A stretch of 64,000 bases of DNA from Terriglobia bacterium (GCA_963666975.2 CAXVYR010000004.1:2240001-2304000), one strand, 5' to 3'. Counted from the first letter of the stretch, positions 18,495 to 29,729 are shown. Made by a program: numbers and translations. Notes: generated by a model not told the origin, from the sequence alone.

Positions 18495-20402
18495 TTACTC
18501 CACGGCCAGGGTCAGGCCGGGCTGGCTGCTGGCGTTGCCGATGGTGAGCGTTACCGGAACGGCGACACCGGGAACTACACCAGCAGGAATCCGCGCATTG
18601 ACCTGTAACAGTCCCGCAAGGCCGGGAGCGGCGGCGGCAAACAGTATCTCCTCAGCCAGCAAGCCGCCGATCATCACAGACACCGGAAGAAGAGGCGGCG
18701 GGAAAGGTTCTTCTGCCAGCTTGCCGTCTATCCCGGCAGGATTGGTTTGTCCTTCTCCTGTGGCATAGAACACCACGATGGAATCTCTCGGCGCGGGGTT
18801 GGCGGATGAGTTGAGCGTCATGTCCTGGTTGAAGATCACTCCCTGGCCTGTTCCGCCGGCCAGGGCGAAGATGGCCGGGGCGCTCTCGGTGACCGGCAGC
18901 GTCACCGGGTTCGTCGGTACCCCCTTGTAGTGAACTTGCATGGCGGTGCTGGTTTGTCCCGCTACGGCGTAAGGAACCTGGGCGTTGATTTGATCGGTCC
19001 GGACAAAAAACAGCGGGGCCGGGACGCCGTCAAACAGCACCAACGTTTCGGCTAACAAGCTGTCCACACGCCCGAAGGAGTCCAGACGGGTGCCTACTCC
19101 CTGGCTGGGCCCGATGCTCGACCCGAATATGCTCGCGATCTGGCCGGGAGCAACCGGCGTAGGAAGGAAGCTGGCGGCATTGACCACGCCCCCGGCATTC
19201 ACGGCAGGCTGGGGCGCGCCGGGCTCAACGATCCGCCAGACGCTGCCGCCGAGGTCCACCACATAGACCTCGCCGTTGTCGTCTTCCCCGAACGAGCTGA
19301 TCGAAAGTCCGGTCGCCAGCAGTTGTTCTCTTTGCCACTGGCCGGGCGAGACCTCCGTCAGCGCCCATAGGCGCCCTGAGCCGAAGTCGGCAAATACGTA
19401 TTTCCCCCATAGCGAAGGGGCGGAAGGTCCCCGATAGACATAGCCTCCAGTGACCGAGAAACCGAGGCCCCGGCCGTATTCGTCGATGGGAAGAATCAGG
19501 CCAGCCGTGTTGCAGTTGCTGGAGGGAGAAAAGCACAGCGTGCCCTCCATGGTATTCCAGCCGTAGTTGCCGCCTTTGACAATGACATCCACCTCCTCCC
19601 GGCTGTTCTGGCCCACATCGGCTGCGAACAAGCGGCTCGTCATGCGGTCGAAGGAAAAACGCCAGGGATTGCGGAGGCCGTAGGCCCAGACCTCAGCGCG
19701 TCCCGGTGATCCTACAAAAGGGTTGTCGGGCGGCACGGCGAACAGGCTGCCGGAACCGGCGTCGAGATCAATATCAATTCGCAGGATTTTGCCCAGCAGC
19801 GTTTCCAGGTTTTGGCCGTTGCCCTGCGGATCGCCGCCCGATCCGCCGTCCCCGGTTCCGATGTAAAGAAAACCGTCCGGCCCGAAGGCAATCATCCCGC
19901 CATTGTGGTTGGAGAAGGGCTGCCCAAAGCTGAGAAGAATCTGTTCCGACGCCGGAAGGGCCAGATTGGCGTTTCCCGGCGAGACGGCGAATTCCGCTAC
20001 CACTGTCTCAAGACCTCCCGGACCGTCGCGGGTATAGTTGACAAAGAAGCGCCCGTTGACAGGGTAGCTTGGATGGAAGGCCAGCCCCAGCAGTCCGCGC
20101 TCGCCGCCGAAGCGCACACGGCCGGAGATATCGAGAAAGGGCGTGTCGGGTAATTCGCCGCCGGAAAGAATTCGAATGCGGCCCGCTTGTTCCACAATAA
20201 ACAACCGCCCGCTCCCGTCCCCGGCCGAGGTGAGATAGAGCGGAGAGGAGAGTCCGTCTGCCACAGGTTGGAGTTCGATGGCCGCTGCGGCATCGCCTGC
20301 CGCTGTGGTGAGCGAAATCAACACCAGCCAAAGGAGGGAGCGCGCGCAAGTAGAGCGGGAATGTATCGCAGACCTCAATTCCGCGTTTAGTTCACTGACC
20401 AA
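18495..20402 (-). CDS. Secreted PQQ-dependent sugar dehydrogenase-like (GSDH) beta-propeller with C-terminal TIGR03437-type domain
   Basis: ERGLLGLAFHP, NHNGG.IAFGPDG.LY, GLRNPWRFSFD and DVGQN..EE. C-terminus has GVVNAASF...VAPGQIASIFG...QINAQVP...GLLQVN. Confidence 0.9.
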   Translation of the reverse strand: MVSELNAELRSAIHSRSTCARSLLWLVLISLTTAAGDAAAAIELQPVADGLSSPLYLTSAGDGSGRLFIVEQAGRIRILSGGELPDTPFLDISGRVRFGGERGLLGLAFHPSYPVNGRFFVNYTRDGPGGLETVVAEFAVSPGNANLALPASEQILLSFGQPFSNHNGGMIAFGPDGFLYIGTGDGGSGGDPQGNGQNLETLLGKILRIDIDLDAGSGSLFAVPPDNPFVGSPGRAEVWAYGLRNPWRFSFDRMTSRLFAADVGQNSREEVDVIVKGGNYGWNTMEGTLCFSPSSNCNTAGLILPIDEYGRGLGFSVTGGYVYRGPSAPSLWGKYVFADFGSGRLWALTEVSPGQWQREQLLATGLSISSFGEDDNGEVYVVDLGGSVWRIVEPGAPQPAVNAGGVVNAASFLPTPVAPGQIASIFGSSIGPSQGVGTRLDSFGRVDSLLAETLVLFDGVPAPLFFVRTDQINAQVPYAVAGQTSTAMQVHYKGVPTNPVTLPVTESAPAIFALAGGTGQGVIFNQDMTLNSSANPAPRDSIVVFYATGEGQTNPAGIDGKLAEEPFPPPLLPVSVMIGGLLAEEILFAAAAPGLAGLLQVNARIPAGVVPGVAVPVTLTIGNASSQPGLTLAVE

Positions 20403-20480
20403 GCTTTGTGTTCCTCTTCATAATATATCGATTCTAGGCCGCACGGGTCTCGATTCCGAGTTGATACTGCAAGACCCTTG

Positions 20481-20508
20481 TTGACACTATAAAACTAGGG
20501 AGTAGAAT
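20481..20508 (+). promoter_or_regulatory. Putative sigma70 promoter for the Zn-dehydrogenase / ferritin-like operon
   Basis: TTGACA-16 bp-TAGAAT. Confidence 0.55.
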
Positions 20509-20592
20509 CTTCCCTCGGTCGGAAAGTCACATTACCGGGAGGGCTAGGTATTGATTTTCCCCTGCGGCTTTTCTGCCCGGAGGTTGTTCGCC

Positions 20593-20661
20593 GAGACAGG
20601 TAAATAGCGAGACAGGTAAACAGAAAGATTAGGTAAAAAGAAAGCTAGGTAAACAGAAAGA
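20593..20661 (+). repeat. Four imperfect tandem 16-18 bp repeats (core AGGTAAA.AG) in the 5' leader
   Basis: gagacaggtaaatagc / gagacaggtaaacagaaa / gattaggtaaaaagaaa / gctaggtaaacagaaaga. Confidence 0.75.
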
Positions 20662-20671
20662 CGGGAGGGTA

Positions 20672-21796
20672 TTGGTGGCAGAGTTACCCAAAAAAAGCAG
20701 GGCGGCGGTACTGAAGGCTCCTCGCGAGCGGGTGGAGATCCGCGAGATTGAGATACTGCCTCCCGAGCCGGGAGCCATTGTCGTCCAAGTGGAGGCGGCG
20801 ACCGTTTGCGGCACCGACGTCCACATCTGGCAGGGCGACCTGGTGCCGGAATGGCCCGTCGGCATGGGCCATGAGATGGTAGGCCGCATCGCCGCGCTCG
20901 GCAAGGGGGTGGTGCGCGATGCCGGCGATCAGCCCTTGCATGAAGGCGACCGGATCGTGTGGGCCTATGCATGGTGCGGGAAGTGCTACTACTGCACAGT
21001 CGCCCGCCAGCCCTCCCTATGCCCCTACGCGAACAAGAATGGATGGCGCAGCGCGGAAAAGTACCCTTATCTGTGCGGCGGCTTTGCCGACTATTGCTAC
21101 GTCCTGCCGGAATGCCGGCCGGTTCGCGTCCCCGACGATGTGGACGCCAGAGTGGCCGCCTCGGCGACCTGCGCCCTGCGGACCGTGGTCCACGGCTTTG
21201 AGCGTCTGCACGCCATGGGTGGCCTCGGCGTACAGCCCACGGTGGTTGTGCTGGGGACGGGCCCGGTGGGGCTCTATGCGGTGGCCATGAGCATCGCTTC
21301 CGGGGCGGGACAGACCATCAGCATCGGCGCGCCCGCTGCCAGGGTTGATCTCGCCCAAAAATGGGGCGCCGCCCGCACCATCAACCTGGAAGAGGTCGCC
21401 GACCCGCGCGAGCGCATTGAGATGGTCAAGCAGTGGACCGGAGGCCGTGGCGCGGATATCGTGATTGAGGCTGCCGGACCTGCAGCGGCTTTCCAGGAAG
21501 GGCTGGAGATGATCCGCCGCGGAGGACAGTATCTGGTCATCGGGCAGACATCCAAACAAACCATCGAGTTCTCTCCGCGCAGGATCAATCTGGACATGCT
21601 GCAGATCGTCGGGGTCCTCTCCGCGCACGTGGAGCACTTCTACAAGGCCATTGAGTTTCTGAAGAACAACCGGGACCGGTTCCGCTTTGACGATATGATC
21701 ACCAACACCTATCCGCTGGAACAAGTGAACGAGGCGCTGGAGTCGATGGCGGCGCTGCGGGAGATCAAGCCGGCGATTGTCCCTGCGCTCGGGTAG
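20672..21796 (+). CDS. Zinc-dependent medium-chain alcohol dehydrogenase
   Basis: VCGTDVH, GHEMVG, structural Zn site CGKCYYC...C and GTGPVG. Confidence 0.93.
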   Translation: MVAELPKKSRAAVLKAPRERVEIREIEILPPEPGAIVVQVEAATVCGTDVHIWQGDLVPEWPVGMGHEMVGRIAALGKGVVRDAGDQPLHEGDRIVWAYAWCGKCYYCTVARQPSLCPYANKNGWRSAEKYPYLCGGFADYCYVLPECRPVRVPDDVDARVAASATCALRTVVHGFERLHAMGGLGVQPTVVVLGTGPVGLYAVAMSIASGAGQTISIGAPAARVDLAQKWGAARTINLEEVADPRERIEMVKQWTGGRGADIVIEAAGPAAAFQEGLEMIRRGGQYLVIGQTSKQTIEFSPRRINLDMLQIVGVLSAHVEHFYKAIEFLKNNRDRFRFDDMITNTYPLEQVNEALESMAALREIKPAIVPALG

Positions 21797-21847
21797 CGGC
21801 GAGGCGGCATTGGAGATGAAAGGAATTTGGAGAGGAGGGAGGCGAGT

Positions 21848-22603
21848 ATGTCATTCACGGAGAAGGGTGTCCAGGAGGAACTGGCGGGGTTGATGGATGT
21901 CTTTACGGGAGCTGTGTATCGGGTGGCGTGGGCGTATTCGGAGCGGAGAAACCGCGACCGGGATATTTATTGGCTGGCTTTGCAGGCCACCAAAGAATAT
22001 GGCGCGATGGTCTACCACTCCCGTGTAATGTTCCGCAAGGCAAAGGAGATGGACGCGCTCGACAGCATCCAGAAGTCCAGCGCCGACAGCTTTGAGGAGG
22101 CCGAGCATTACTGGGGTTACATGAAGATTCTGGATTGGTATCTGGAAGGCAAGCCTTGCGAAGTGCCGGAGATGTGGGGCTATGGAGATTTTACCGAAGC
22201 ACTCGGGCCGGGGCCGGGCATGAAAAAATCCCTCTGGCCGGAGAGTCACTGCTATTTTGATCTGGCCCAGCAGCAGATGCAGCAGACTCGCTCCCCCTGG
22301 GTCCAGAGGGTGATCGCCACCAACATTGAAGGGGCGGCGGTGGGCTTCCACTACGTGATGACGAAGCTTTCCGTGACCGATGAATTCACCGAGCGATTTA
22401 TCCGGCACGAGCGCACCGTCGTCCAAGACGAGTTGCACCACGGCCCCGAATTGATTCAGGAACTGGCCAAAACCCTGGAATCACAGGAAGAGTTGGAAGA
22501 GGCCAAACAGAAAGTCACCGAGCTGCGCGTGCAGGAGTTGCGCCAACGCAACGAGCAGTTCCTGCATCCTTTGACAGAGGCGGAGATGAATCAGCTCGAG
22601 TAG
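21848..22603 (+). CDS. Ferritin-like (di-iron carboxylate) hypothetical protein
   Basis: Helical protein with E (KEYG), EEAEH, E (NIEG) and DELHH spacing. GGAGG before ATG 21848. Confidence 0.65.
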   Translation: MSFTEKGVQEELAGLMDVFTGAVYRVAWAYSERRNRDRDIYWLALQATKEYGAMVYHSRVMFRKAKEMDALDSIQKSSADSFEEAEHYWGYMKILDWYLEGKPCEVPEMWGYGDFTEALGPGPGMKKSLWPESHCYFDLAQQQMQQTRSPWVQRVIATNIEGAAVGFHYVMTKLSVTDEFTERFIRHERTVVQDELHHGPELIQELAKTLESQEELEEAKQKVTELRVQELRQRNEQFLHPLTEAEMNQLE

Positions 22604-22643
22604 GATTTTCGCCAAAGGCGGATCGAACCCATTCCCTTGTTCT

Positions 22644-23672
22644 CTACGGGGGTAGCGACGTAGCGGCTGCATCCGGCTCGTGGAAGTAGCCGGGGCGGGT
22701 GCGCACCGTCAACTTTCCTCTCTTTGCAGCCCGCACCTTCACCTGGATAGAGCGAAATCCGGGTTTCGATCCGGAAGGGACGGGATAGGCCAGCACATAT
22801 TGATTTCGGATATCGCGGGCGATGCCGCCCGCCACGGCCGCTACCTGATGCAGGCTGGCGGGGAAGTAAGCCTCTCCGCCGGAAACTTCGGCGATCGCTT
22901 GGAGCATTTTCTCTGCGTTGCGCCGCGCACGCGACCGCTGCTGGCTCAAGATGCCGATGGCGTAGACGGTGACATCGGCCTTTTGCAGGCGGACCAGCAG
23001 GTCCTGGAGCTCGAAGCTGCTGGCGTCGTCCTCTCCATCGGTGATGGCCAGCAGAACTTTTTTGTCCCGGCTTGCTTGGAGTGAATGTTCCACTGCCAGA
23101 TAGAGCGAATCGACCAGCGCCGTCCCTCCCCACATCCGGACTTCGGACAAGCCCCGCTCCAGGGCGGCAATATCGCTGGTATAGTCCTGCGCCAGTTCCG
23201 GGGTGTCCCGGAAGTTCAGGATGAAGACTTCGTCCTCCGGGTTGCTGGCCCTCACAAGCTGCAACGCCGCAGCGTTTACAGAAGCGCGCTTGTCGATCAT
23301 GCTGGCGCTCGAGTCCATCACGATGCCCATCGAGACGGGGATGTCGCGGTTGGAGAACTGCGTTACGCGCTGCTCGTTCCCGTCCTGAAAAACCTGGAAA
23401 GCTTCCTGCGGCAGGCCCGTTACCAGACGGCGGTTGCGGTCGTGCACCGTGGCATGCAGAACCACCAAGTTAACTTGAGTCTTAAAGAGGGCTTCTGCGG
23501 TGGCCGCCGTGTCATTGCCAGATTGGGGGCCAGAATGGGGGGCAGTAGAGGCAGGGGCGGATTGCTGACGGCGCGGTGCCGCCAGCGCCGTGACCAAAAG
23601 CAGCAGCCCGGCAACAACGGTCAGCCTGCCCAGTGTCCCCGGCACCTGAATAAGACGTCGGTTTTCCTGCAT
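22644..23672 (-). CDS. VWA-domain protein, acidobacterial type (TIGR03436-like)
   Basis: FKTQVNLVVLHATVHD, GIVMDSSASM (MIDAS), GGTALVD, ITDGEDD, IRNQYVLAY and RTRPGY. Confidence 0.9.
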   Translation of the reverse strand: MQENRRLIQVPGTLGRLTVVAGLLLLVTALAAPRRQQSAPASTAPHSGPQSGNDTAATAEALFKTQVNLVVLHATVHDRNRRLVTGLPQEAFQVFQDGNEQRVTQFSNRDIPVSMGIVMDSSASMIDKRASVNAAALQLVRASNPEDEVFILNFRDTPELAQDYTSDIAALERGLSEVRMWGGTALVDSLYLAVEHSLQASRDKKVLLAITDGEDDASSFELQDLLVRLQKADVTVYAIGILSQQRSRARRNAEKMLQAIAEVSGGEAYFPASLHQVAAVAGGIARDIRNQYVLAYPVPSGSKPGFRSIQVKVRAAKRGKLTVRTRPGYFHEPDAAATSLPP

Positions 23673-23939
23673 CGGCTTACCTTATCTGCAAAAGTTCTCA
23701 TCCCGCAACTAGATCCGGCAACCAGATTCCATAACCGGTCGGGATAAAGCGAACACGGCCTGAGCTTCCAAAATTGACATACACGGCCAACAGTGTGCAA
23801 GGGTTAGCCGTATGCTCCCAGTCCACTGAAAAGTTCCCCCCATTCAGAAATACTGTTCGCAGGATTCACTATCCGCTGGCGGCAGGCGGCGCGGACGCGG
23901 TGGAACCAGGACCGGCGACGACGCGCGACCGGAAGGCGA

Positions 23940-24104
23940 CTAGGCGTCGGAGAGGTCTTCTTGTGGTTCGGAATCTTCCTGTGGCTCGGATTCTCCCATC
24001 TCGCTTGTTTCGAAGATCTCTTTGCAGTCCAGGCATTCGACAAACTCGCCATTGTCGTCATGGGCGATTACCTGGAGGCGAGCATGGTTGCAAGAGGGTT
24101 TCAT
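23940..24104 (-). CDS. Small 54-aa protein with CxH...CxxC and an acidic tail (absent from the ORF track)
   Basis: Manual translation MKPSCNHARLQVIAHDDNGEFVECLDCKEIFETSEMGESEPQEDSEPQEDLSDA*, with AAAGAG upstream. Confidence 0.65.
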   Translation of the reverse strand: MKPSCNHARLQVIAHDDNGEFVECLDCKEIFETSEMGESEPQEDSEPQEDLSDA

Positions 24105-24424
24105 CGGTCAGTTCTCTTTATCGCCGGCGAAGACGGCTTGACGCTCCCAACCGGCAGTTCGGCAAAGAAGATTTTCCGCAGGGCGCGCAGCGCCAAGGAG
24201 CAAACGGAGAGTGGTGTTCCGTGTGGTCACCATAGCTAAGAGAGAATGGCGGTACCAAAACAGCCTTTGTCCTCTGTCCTCCAGGAAATTTTCTAAAAAC
24301 AGCGGGTGATTTGTCAAGCGGTTCGAGGCGGGCGGCAGTGGGGTTTTGCAATCTCGGCGGGCCAAAAGGAAATAATGGTGATGAACTAGAGCGTTTTCAC
24401 AGTGGGTGTAAATCACAACGCGCT

Positions 24425-24540
24425 GTCATACCGAGCCCCTTCGCTGTCATCATGAGGAACCTTTCGACTGCGCCCAGGGTAAACTCCGCGACGAAGGATC
24501 TGCTTTCCCCGCTCAGGGCAGGCGCGGCGAGGAATCTGTT
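24425..24540. repeat. REP-like palindromic repeat cluster (CTTCG...CTCAGGGCAGG family)
   Basis: Contains gagcccctttcg-like, ttcgactgcgcccagggtaaac and cgctcagggcaggcgcg units like those inside 3311-3564. Confidence 0.5.
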
Positions 24541-24601
24541 TTTCCGCCGGGATAAGGACCAATCCCAGGCACTGCTTCACTCATCAACCGGGCGATTACA
24601 A

Positions 24602-24700
24602 AATCTTGACTTATTTGTATACATTCCATAAGTTGGTTTCAGGATATAGAAAAGAGGAACACATTTCAATCTTGACAGAATTGTATAGATTATATAGTAT
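24602..24700 (+). promoter_or_regulatory. suf promoter with two copies of a 24-bp imperfect palindrome (candidate Rrf2 operators)
   Basis: AATCTTGACTTATTTGTATACATT (24602-24625) and AATCTTGACAGAATTGTATAGATT (24668-24691). The second contains the -35 TTGACA and is followed by TATAGT/TAGTAT. Confidence 0.6.
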
Positions 24701-24738
24701 GCCACTGAGAGAAGGCTTTTCAGCCTATAGGAGGACCC

Positions 24739-26187
<1,449 letters not shown>

Positions 26188-26212
26188 TTCCAAACGCACG
26201 ACGAGAAACCAT

Positions 26213-26998
26213 ATGCTATCGATCCGAAACCTGCATGCCCGTGTAAGCGGCCGGGAAATCCTGCGAGGAATTGATCTCGAGGTCAAGGCGGGAGAAGTCC
26301 ACGCCATTATGGGCCCGAACGGCTCCGGCAAGAGCACGCTGGCGCAGGTGCTGGCTGGGCGGGACACTTACGAAGTCACGGCTGGCGAGGTGGTCTTTGA
26401 GAAACACAACCTGGAAAAACAGGACCTGCTGGCGATGAAGCCGGAGGACCGCGCGCGGGAAGGAATCTTCATGGCGTTTCAGTATCCGGTGGAGATTCCC
26501 GGCGTCAGCAATATGTATTTCCTGAGGGCGGCGCTCAATGCCACCCGCAAGCACCGCGGGCAGGAGGAGTTGGACGCGGTGGATTTCCTGGATGTGGTCG
26601 GCAAGAAGATGAAGGCGCTCGCAATGGATTCCGATTTCCGGGAGCGGCAAGTCAACGTGGGATTTTCGGGCGGAGAGAAGAAGCGCAACGAGATTTTCCA
26701 GATGGCGGTGCTGGAGCCGAAGCTTGCCCTGCTCGATGAAACCGACTCGGGGCTCGATATCGACGCCTTGAAGGTGGTGGCCAAAGGCGTCAACGCCATG
26801 CGCAGTCCGGAACGGGCCATTATCGTCATCACGCACTACCAGCGCCTGCTCGACTACATCGTCCCGGATTTCGTGCATGTGCTGTTAAACGGCCGGATTG
26901 CGAAGTCAGGGAGCAAGGAACTGGCGTTGGAACTGGAGCAGAAGGGCTACGCGGAATTGGAAGGCGCGGCTGAGAAGGCCCAGTCAGTGAGCATCTGA
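26213..26998 (+). CDS. sufC: Fe-S cluster assembly ATPase SufC
   Basis: HAIMGPNGSGKST, AFQYPVEIPGV, NVGFSGGEKKRNE and LDETDSGLDID. Confidence 0.98.
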   Translation: MLSIRNLHARVSGREILRGIDLEVKAGEVHAIMGPNGSGKSTLAQVLAGRDTYEVTAGEVVFEKHNLEKQDLLAMKPEDRAREGIFMAFQYPVEIPGVSNMYFLRAALNATRKHRGQEELDAVDFLDVVGKKMKALAMDSDFRERQVNVGFSGGEKKRNEIFQMAVLEPKLALLDETDSGLDIDALKVVAKGVNAMRSPERAIIVITHYQRLLDYIVPDFVHVLLNGRIAKSGSKELALELEQKGYAELEGAAEKAQSVSI

Positions 26999-27015
26999 AA
27001 CAGAGGGGATTTGCG

Positions 27016-28446
27016 GTGACGGCAGCAATGGAACGGGATGTGAGGGAACAAAAAGTGCCAGGAAGAAGTTTGCCGGAACGAAATGAGAATGAACAGCAGG
27101 ATATTTTTATGGTGAGCTTTCGCGAGCTGGGAAAAAGGCTCGCCGGAAAGCAGCCCGCCTGGCTCAGCCGAATCCGCCGGGAGGCGATCGAGCGCTTCGC
27201 GGAACTTGGCTTTCCCACGACCCGGAATGAAGAATGGAAGTTCACTAGCGTCGCACCGCTTGCCAAAATTTCCTTCAGCCCGGCAGCGCAAGAATCCTTG
27301 GCGGGGTTCTCGAAAGACATGTCGCAAGAGTGGCTGGGAGAGGGCTTGCGCAACCGTCTGGTATTCGTCAACGGGCACTACTCTGAATCGCTTTCTTCCA
27401 TAGGGAATCTGCCGCGCGGGGTCCTGGGGGGCAGTCTGGCGGCTGCCCTCCAGCAGACCGATAGCCAGTTGGAGGCGCACCTGGCGCGCTATGCGAACTA
27501 CCGCAACCACGCTTTTGCGGCCCTGAACACGGCGCTCTGGGAAGATGGCGCCTATCTGCGGATTCCCCAAGGGACCGTCGTGGAAGAGCCGGTCCATGTG
27601 CTCTATATCTCGACCGCGGGAAAACAAGCCATCGTTTCCCATCCCCGCACCCTGGTCGTGGCGGACCGGGATGCGCAGGTGACTCTCATCGAGAGCTACG
27701 TTGGCTTGCCGGAGGGCGTCTGCTTTTCCAACGCCGTAACCGAGATTGTGGCCGGCGAAAACTCCGCCATCGACCATTACAAGCTGCAAAAGGAAAACGG
27801 GCAGTCCTTTCATGTTGCCATGCTTCAGGTGCATCAGGAACAGAGCGCGCGGGTTTCTTCCTGTTCCATTTCTCTCGACGGCGCCCTGGTTCGCAACGAT
27901 GTCAACGTGGCGCTCGATGCGGAAGGCGCCGAGTGCACCCTGAATGGCCTCTATATGGCGGGCGACCGGCAGCATGTGGACAACCACACGACCATTGACC
28001 ACGCCAAGCCGCACGGCACCAGCCGGCAGCTCTACAAGGGCATTCTGAGCGGCCGGGCCGCTGGAGTTTTCAACGGCAAGATCATTGTGCGGAAGGACGC
28101 GCAGAAGACCAACGCCGTCCAAAACAACAAGAACTTATTGTTGTCCGAGAACGCCGCTGTGAACACCAAGCCGCAGTTGGAAATTCTTGCCAACGACGTC
28201 CGATGCACCCACGGGGCGACCGTCGGCCAGATTGACCCGGAAGCGGTCTTCTACCTGCGTTCTCGCGGCATCGCACAGCAAGAGGCGCAGAACCTGCTGA
28301 CCTACGCCTTTGCCGGCGAGATCATCGAGCGCATCCGGCCCGAGCCGGTCCGGACGCAGGTGCAAAACGCTTTGTTCGCCCGTTTGTCCGCGACTACGTC
28401 TATAACTGCGTCTCTCACCCCGTCTCTCGGGGGGGAGGCCGTATGA
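27016..28446 (+). CDS. sufD: Fe-S cluster assembly protein SufD
   Basis: GFPTTRNEEWKFT, GVFNGKI.V..DAQKT, KPQLEI..DVRCTHGATVG and FYLRSRGI. Confidence 0.97.
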   Translation: MTAAMERDVREQKVPGRSLPERNENEQQDIFMVSFRELGKRLAGKQPAWLSRIRREAIERFAELGFPTTRNEEWKFTSVAPLAKISFSPAAQESLAGFSKDMSQEWLGEGLRNRLVFVNGHYSESLSSIGNLPRGVLGGSLAAALQQTDSQLEAHLARYANYRNHAFAALNTALWEDGAYLRIPQGTVVEEPVHVLYISTAGKQAIVSHPRTLVVADRDAQVTLIESYVGLPEGVCFSNAVTEIVAGENSAIDHYKLQKENGQSFHVAMLQVHQEQSARVSSCSISLDGALVRNDVNVALDAEGAECTLNGLYMAGDRQHVDNHTTIDHAKPHGTSRQLYKGILSGRAAGVFNGKIIVRKDAQKTNAVQNNKNLLLSENAAVNTKPQLEILANDVRCTHGATVGQIDPEAVFYLRSRGIAQQEAQNLLTYAFAGEIIERIRPEPVRTQVQNALFARLSATTSITASLTPSLGGEAV

Positions 28447-29729
28447 CGACTCCCGCAACCGCGAAAGACGCCGCTGCCGCCTCCGTAGCAACGCAGGAAA
28501 CGCCGTCGCGCGGGTTCGACGCCCAGAAAATCCGGGAAGACTTTCCCATCCTGAAGCAAACGGTTCATGGCAAGCCGCTCGTTTATCTGGACAACGCCGC
28601 CACCGCCCAGACACCGCAAACGGTCATCGATGCCATTGATCGGTTCTATCTAGCCCAGTGCGCCAACATTCATCGCGGGATTCATCTGTTGAGCGAGCGC
28701 TCGACGGCCGAGTACGAGGAGACCCGCGCGAAAGCACAGAGGTTTCTCGGGGCGGCGGAGACCTGGGAAATTGTTTTCGTCCGGGGGACCACCGAGGCCA
28801 TCAATCTGGTTGCCAGCAGTTACGGCCGGAAACACGTCGGAGCCGGAGACGAAATTCTCATCACGGCCATGGAGCACCACTCGAACATCGTTCCCTGGCA
28901 GTTGTTGTGCGAGGAAAAGGGAGCGGTGTTGCGCGTGGCGCCGATCAACGATGCCGGAGAACTGGTGCTGGATGAGTTTGAAAAGCTGCTGAATCGCCGG
29001 ACCCGTTTGGTCTCCGTAAGCCATGTTTCAAACGCCCTGGGGACCGTCAACCCGGTCGAGCGGATGATCGAGATGGCTCACGGAAAGGGCGTGCCGGTGA
29101 TGATCGACGGGGCCCAGGCCGCCCCGCACAGGAAGGTAAACGTCCAGGAGTTGGATTGCGACTTCTATGCTTTTTCCGGACACAAGCTCTATGGACCCAC
29201 CGGCATCGGCATCCTGTACGGCAAAGCCGGCCTGCTCGAGGCGATGCCTCCCTACCAGGGAGGCGGCGACATGATCCTCTCCGTTTCTTTTGAGAAAACG
29301 ACATACAACGCGCTGCCCTACAAGTTTGAAGCGGGGACACCGAACATCGCCGGGACGATTGGATTAGGCGCCGCAATCGATTACCTGAGCCATCTCGGCC
29401 TGGAACAGGCTGCCGCTTACGAACACGAGTTGCTGGCCTATGCCACGAAGAAAGTTTCCCAACTCCCCGGCTTGCGAATCATCGGAACCGCGCGGGAAAA
29501 GGCGAGCGTGCTCTCGTTTGTCATTGATGGAGTGCATCCGCACGATGCCGGCACCATCCTGGACCAGCAGGGCATCGCGGTGCGCGCCGGCCACCACTGC
29601 GCCATGCCGGTGATGGAGCGCTTCGGGATTGCGGCCACCACGCGGGCCTCGTTCGCCTTTTACAATACCACCGAAGAGGTGGACGCATTGGTGTCGGGAA
29701 TCGAAAAGGTCCGGGAGGTTTTTTCCTGA
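28443..29729 (+). CDS. sufS: Cysteine desulfurase SufS
   Basis: LVYLDNAATAQ, MEHHSNIVPWQ, SGHKLYGPTG and VRAGHHCAMP. Confidence 0.97.
   Translation: MTTPATAKDAAAASVATQETPSRGFDAQKIREDFPILKQTVHGKPLVYLDNAATAQTPQTVIDAIDRFYLAQCANIHRGIHLLSERSTAEYEETRAKAQRFLGAAETWEIVFVRGTTEAINLVASSYGRKHVGAGDEILITAMEHHSNIVPWQLLCEEKGAVLRVAPINDAGELVLDEFEKLLNRRTRLVSVSHVSNALGTVNPVERMIEMAHGKGVPVMIDGAQAAPHRKVNVQELDCDFYAFSGHKLYGPTGIGILYGKAGLLEAMPPYQGGGDMILSVSFEKTTYNALPYKFEAGTPNIAGTIGLGAAIDYLSHLGLEQAAAYEHELLAYATKKVSQLPGLRIIGTAREKASVLSFVIDGVHPHDAGTILDQQGIAVRAGHHCAMPVMERFGIAATTRASFAFYNTTEEVDALVSGIEKVREVFS

Noticed and set aside
20593-20661. Mini CRISPR array
   Set aside because: Units are directly tandem with no unique spacers.
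23961-24239. 92-aa plus-strand 'membrane' ORF
   Set aside because: Better explained as the antisense of the 54-aa CxH/CxxC protein on the minus strand.
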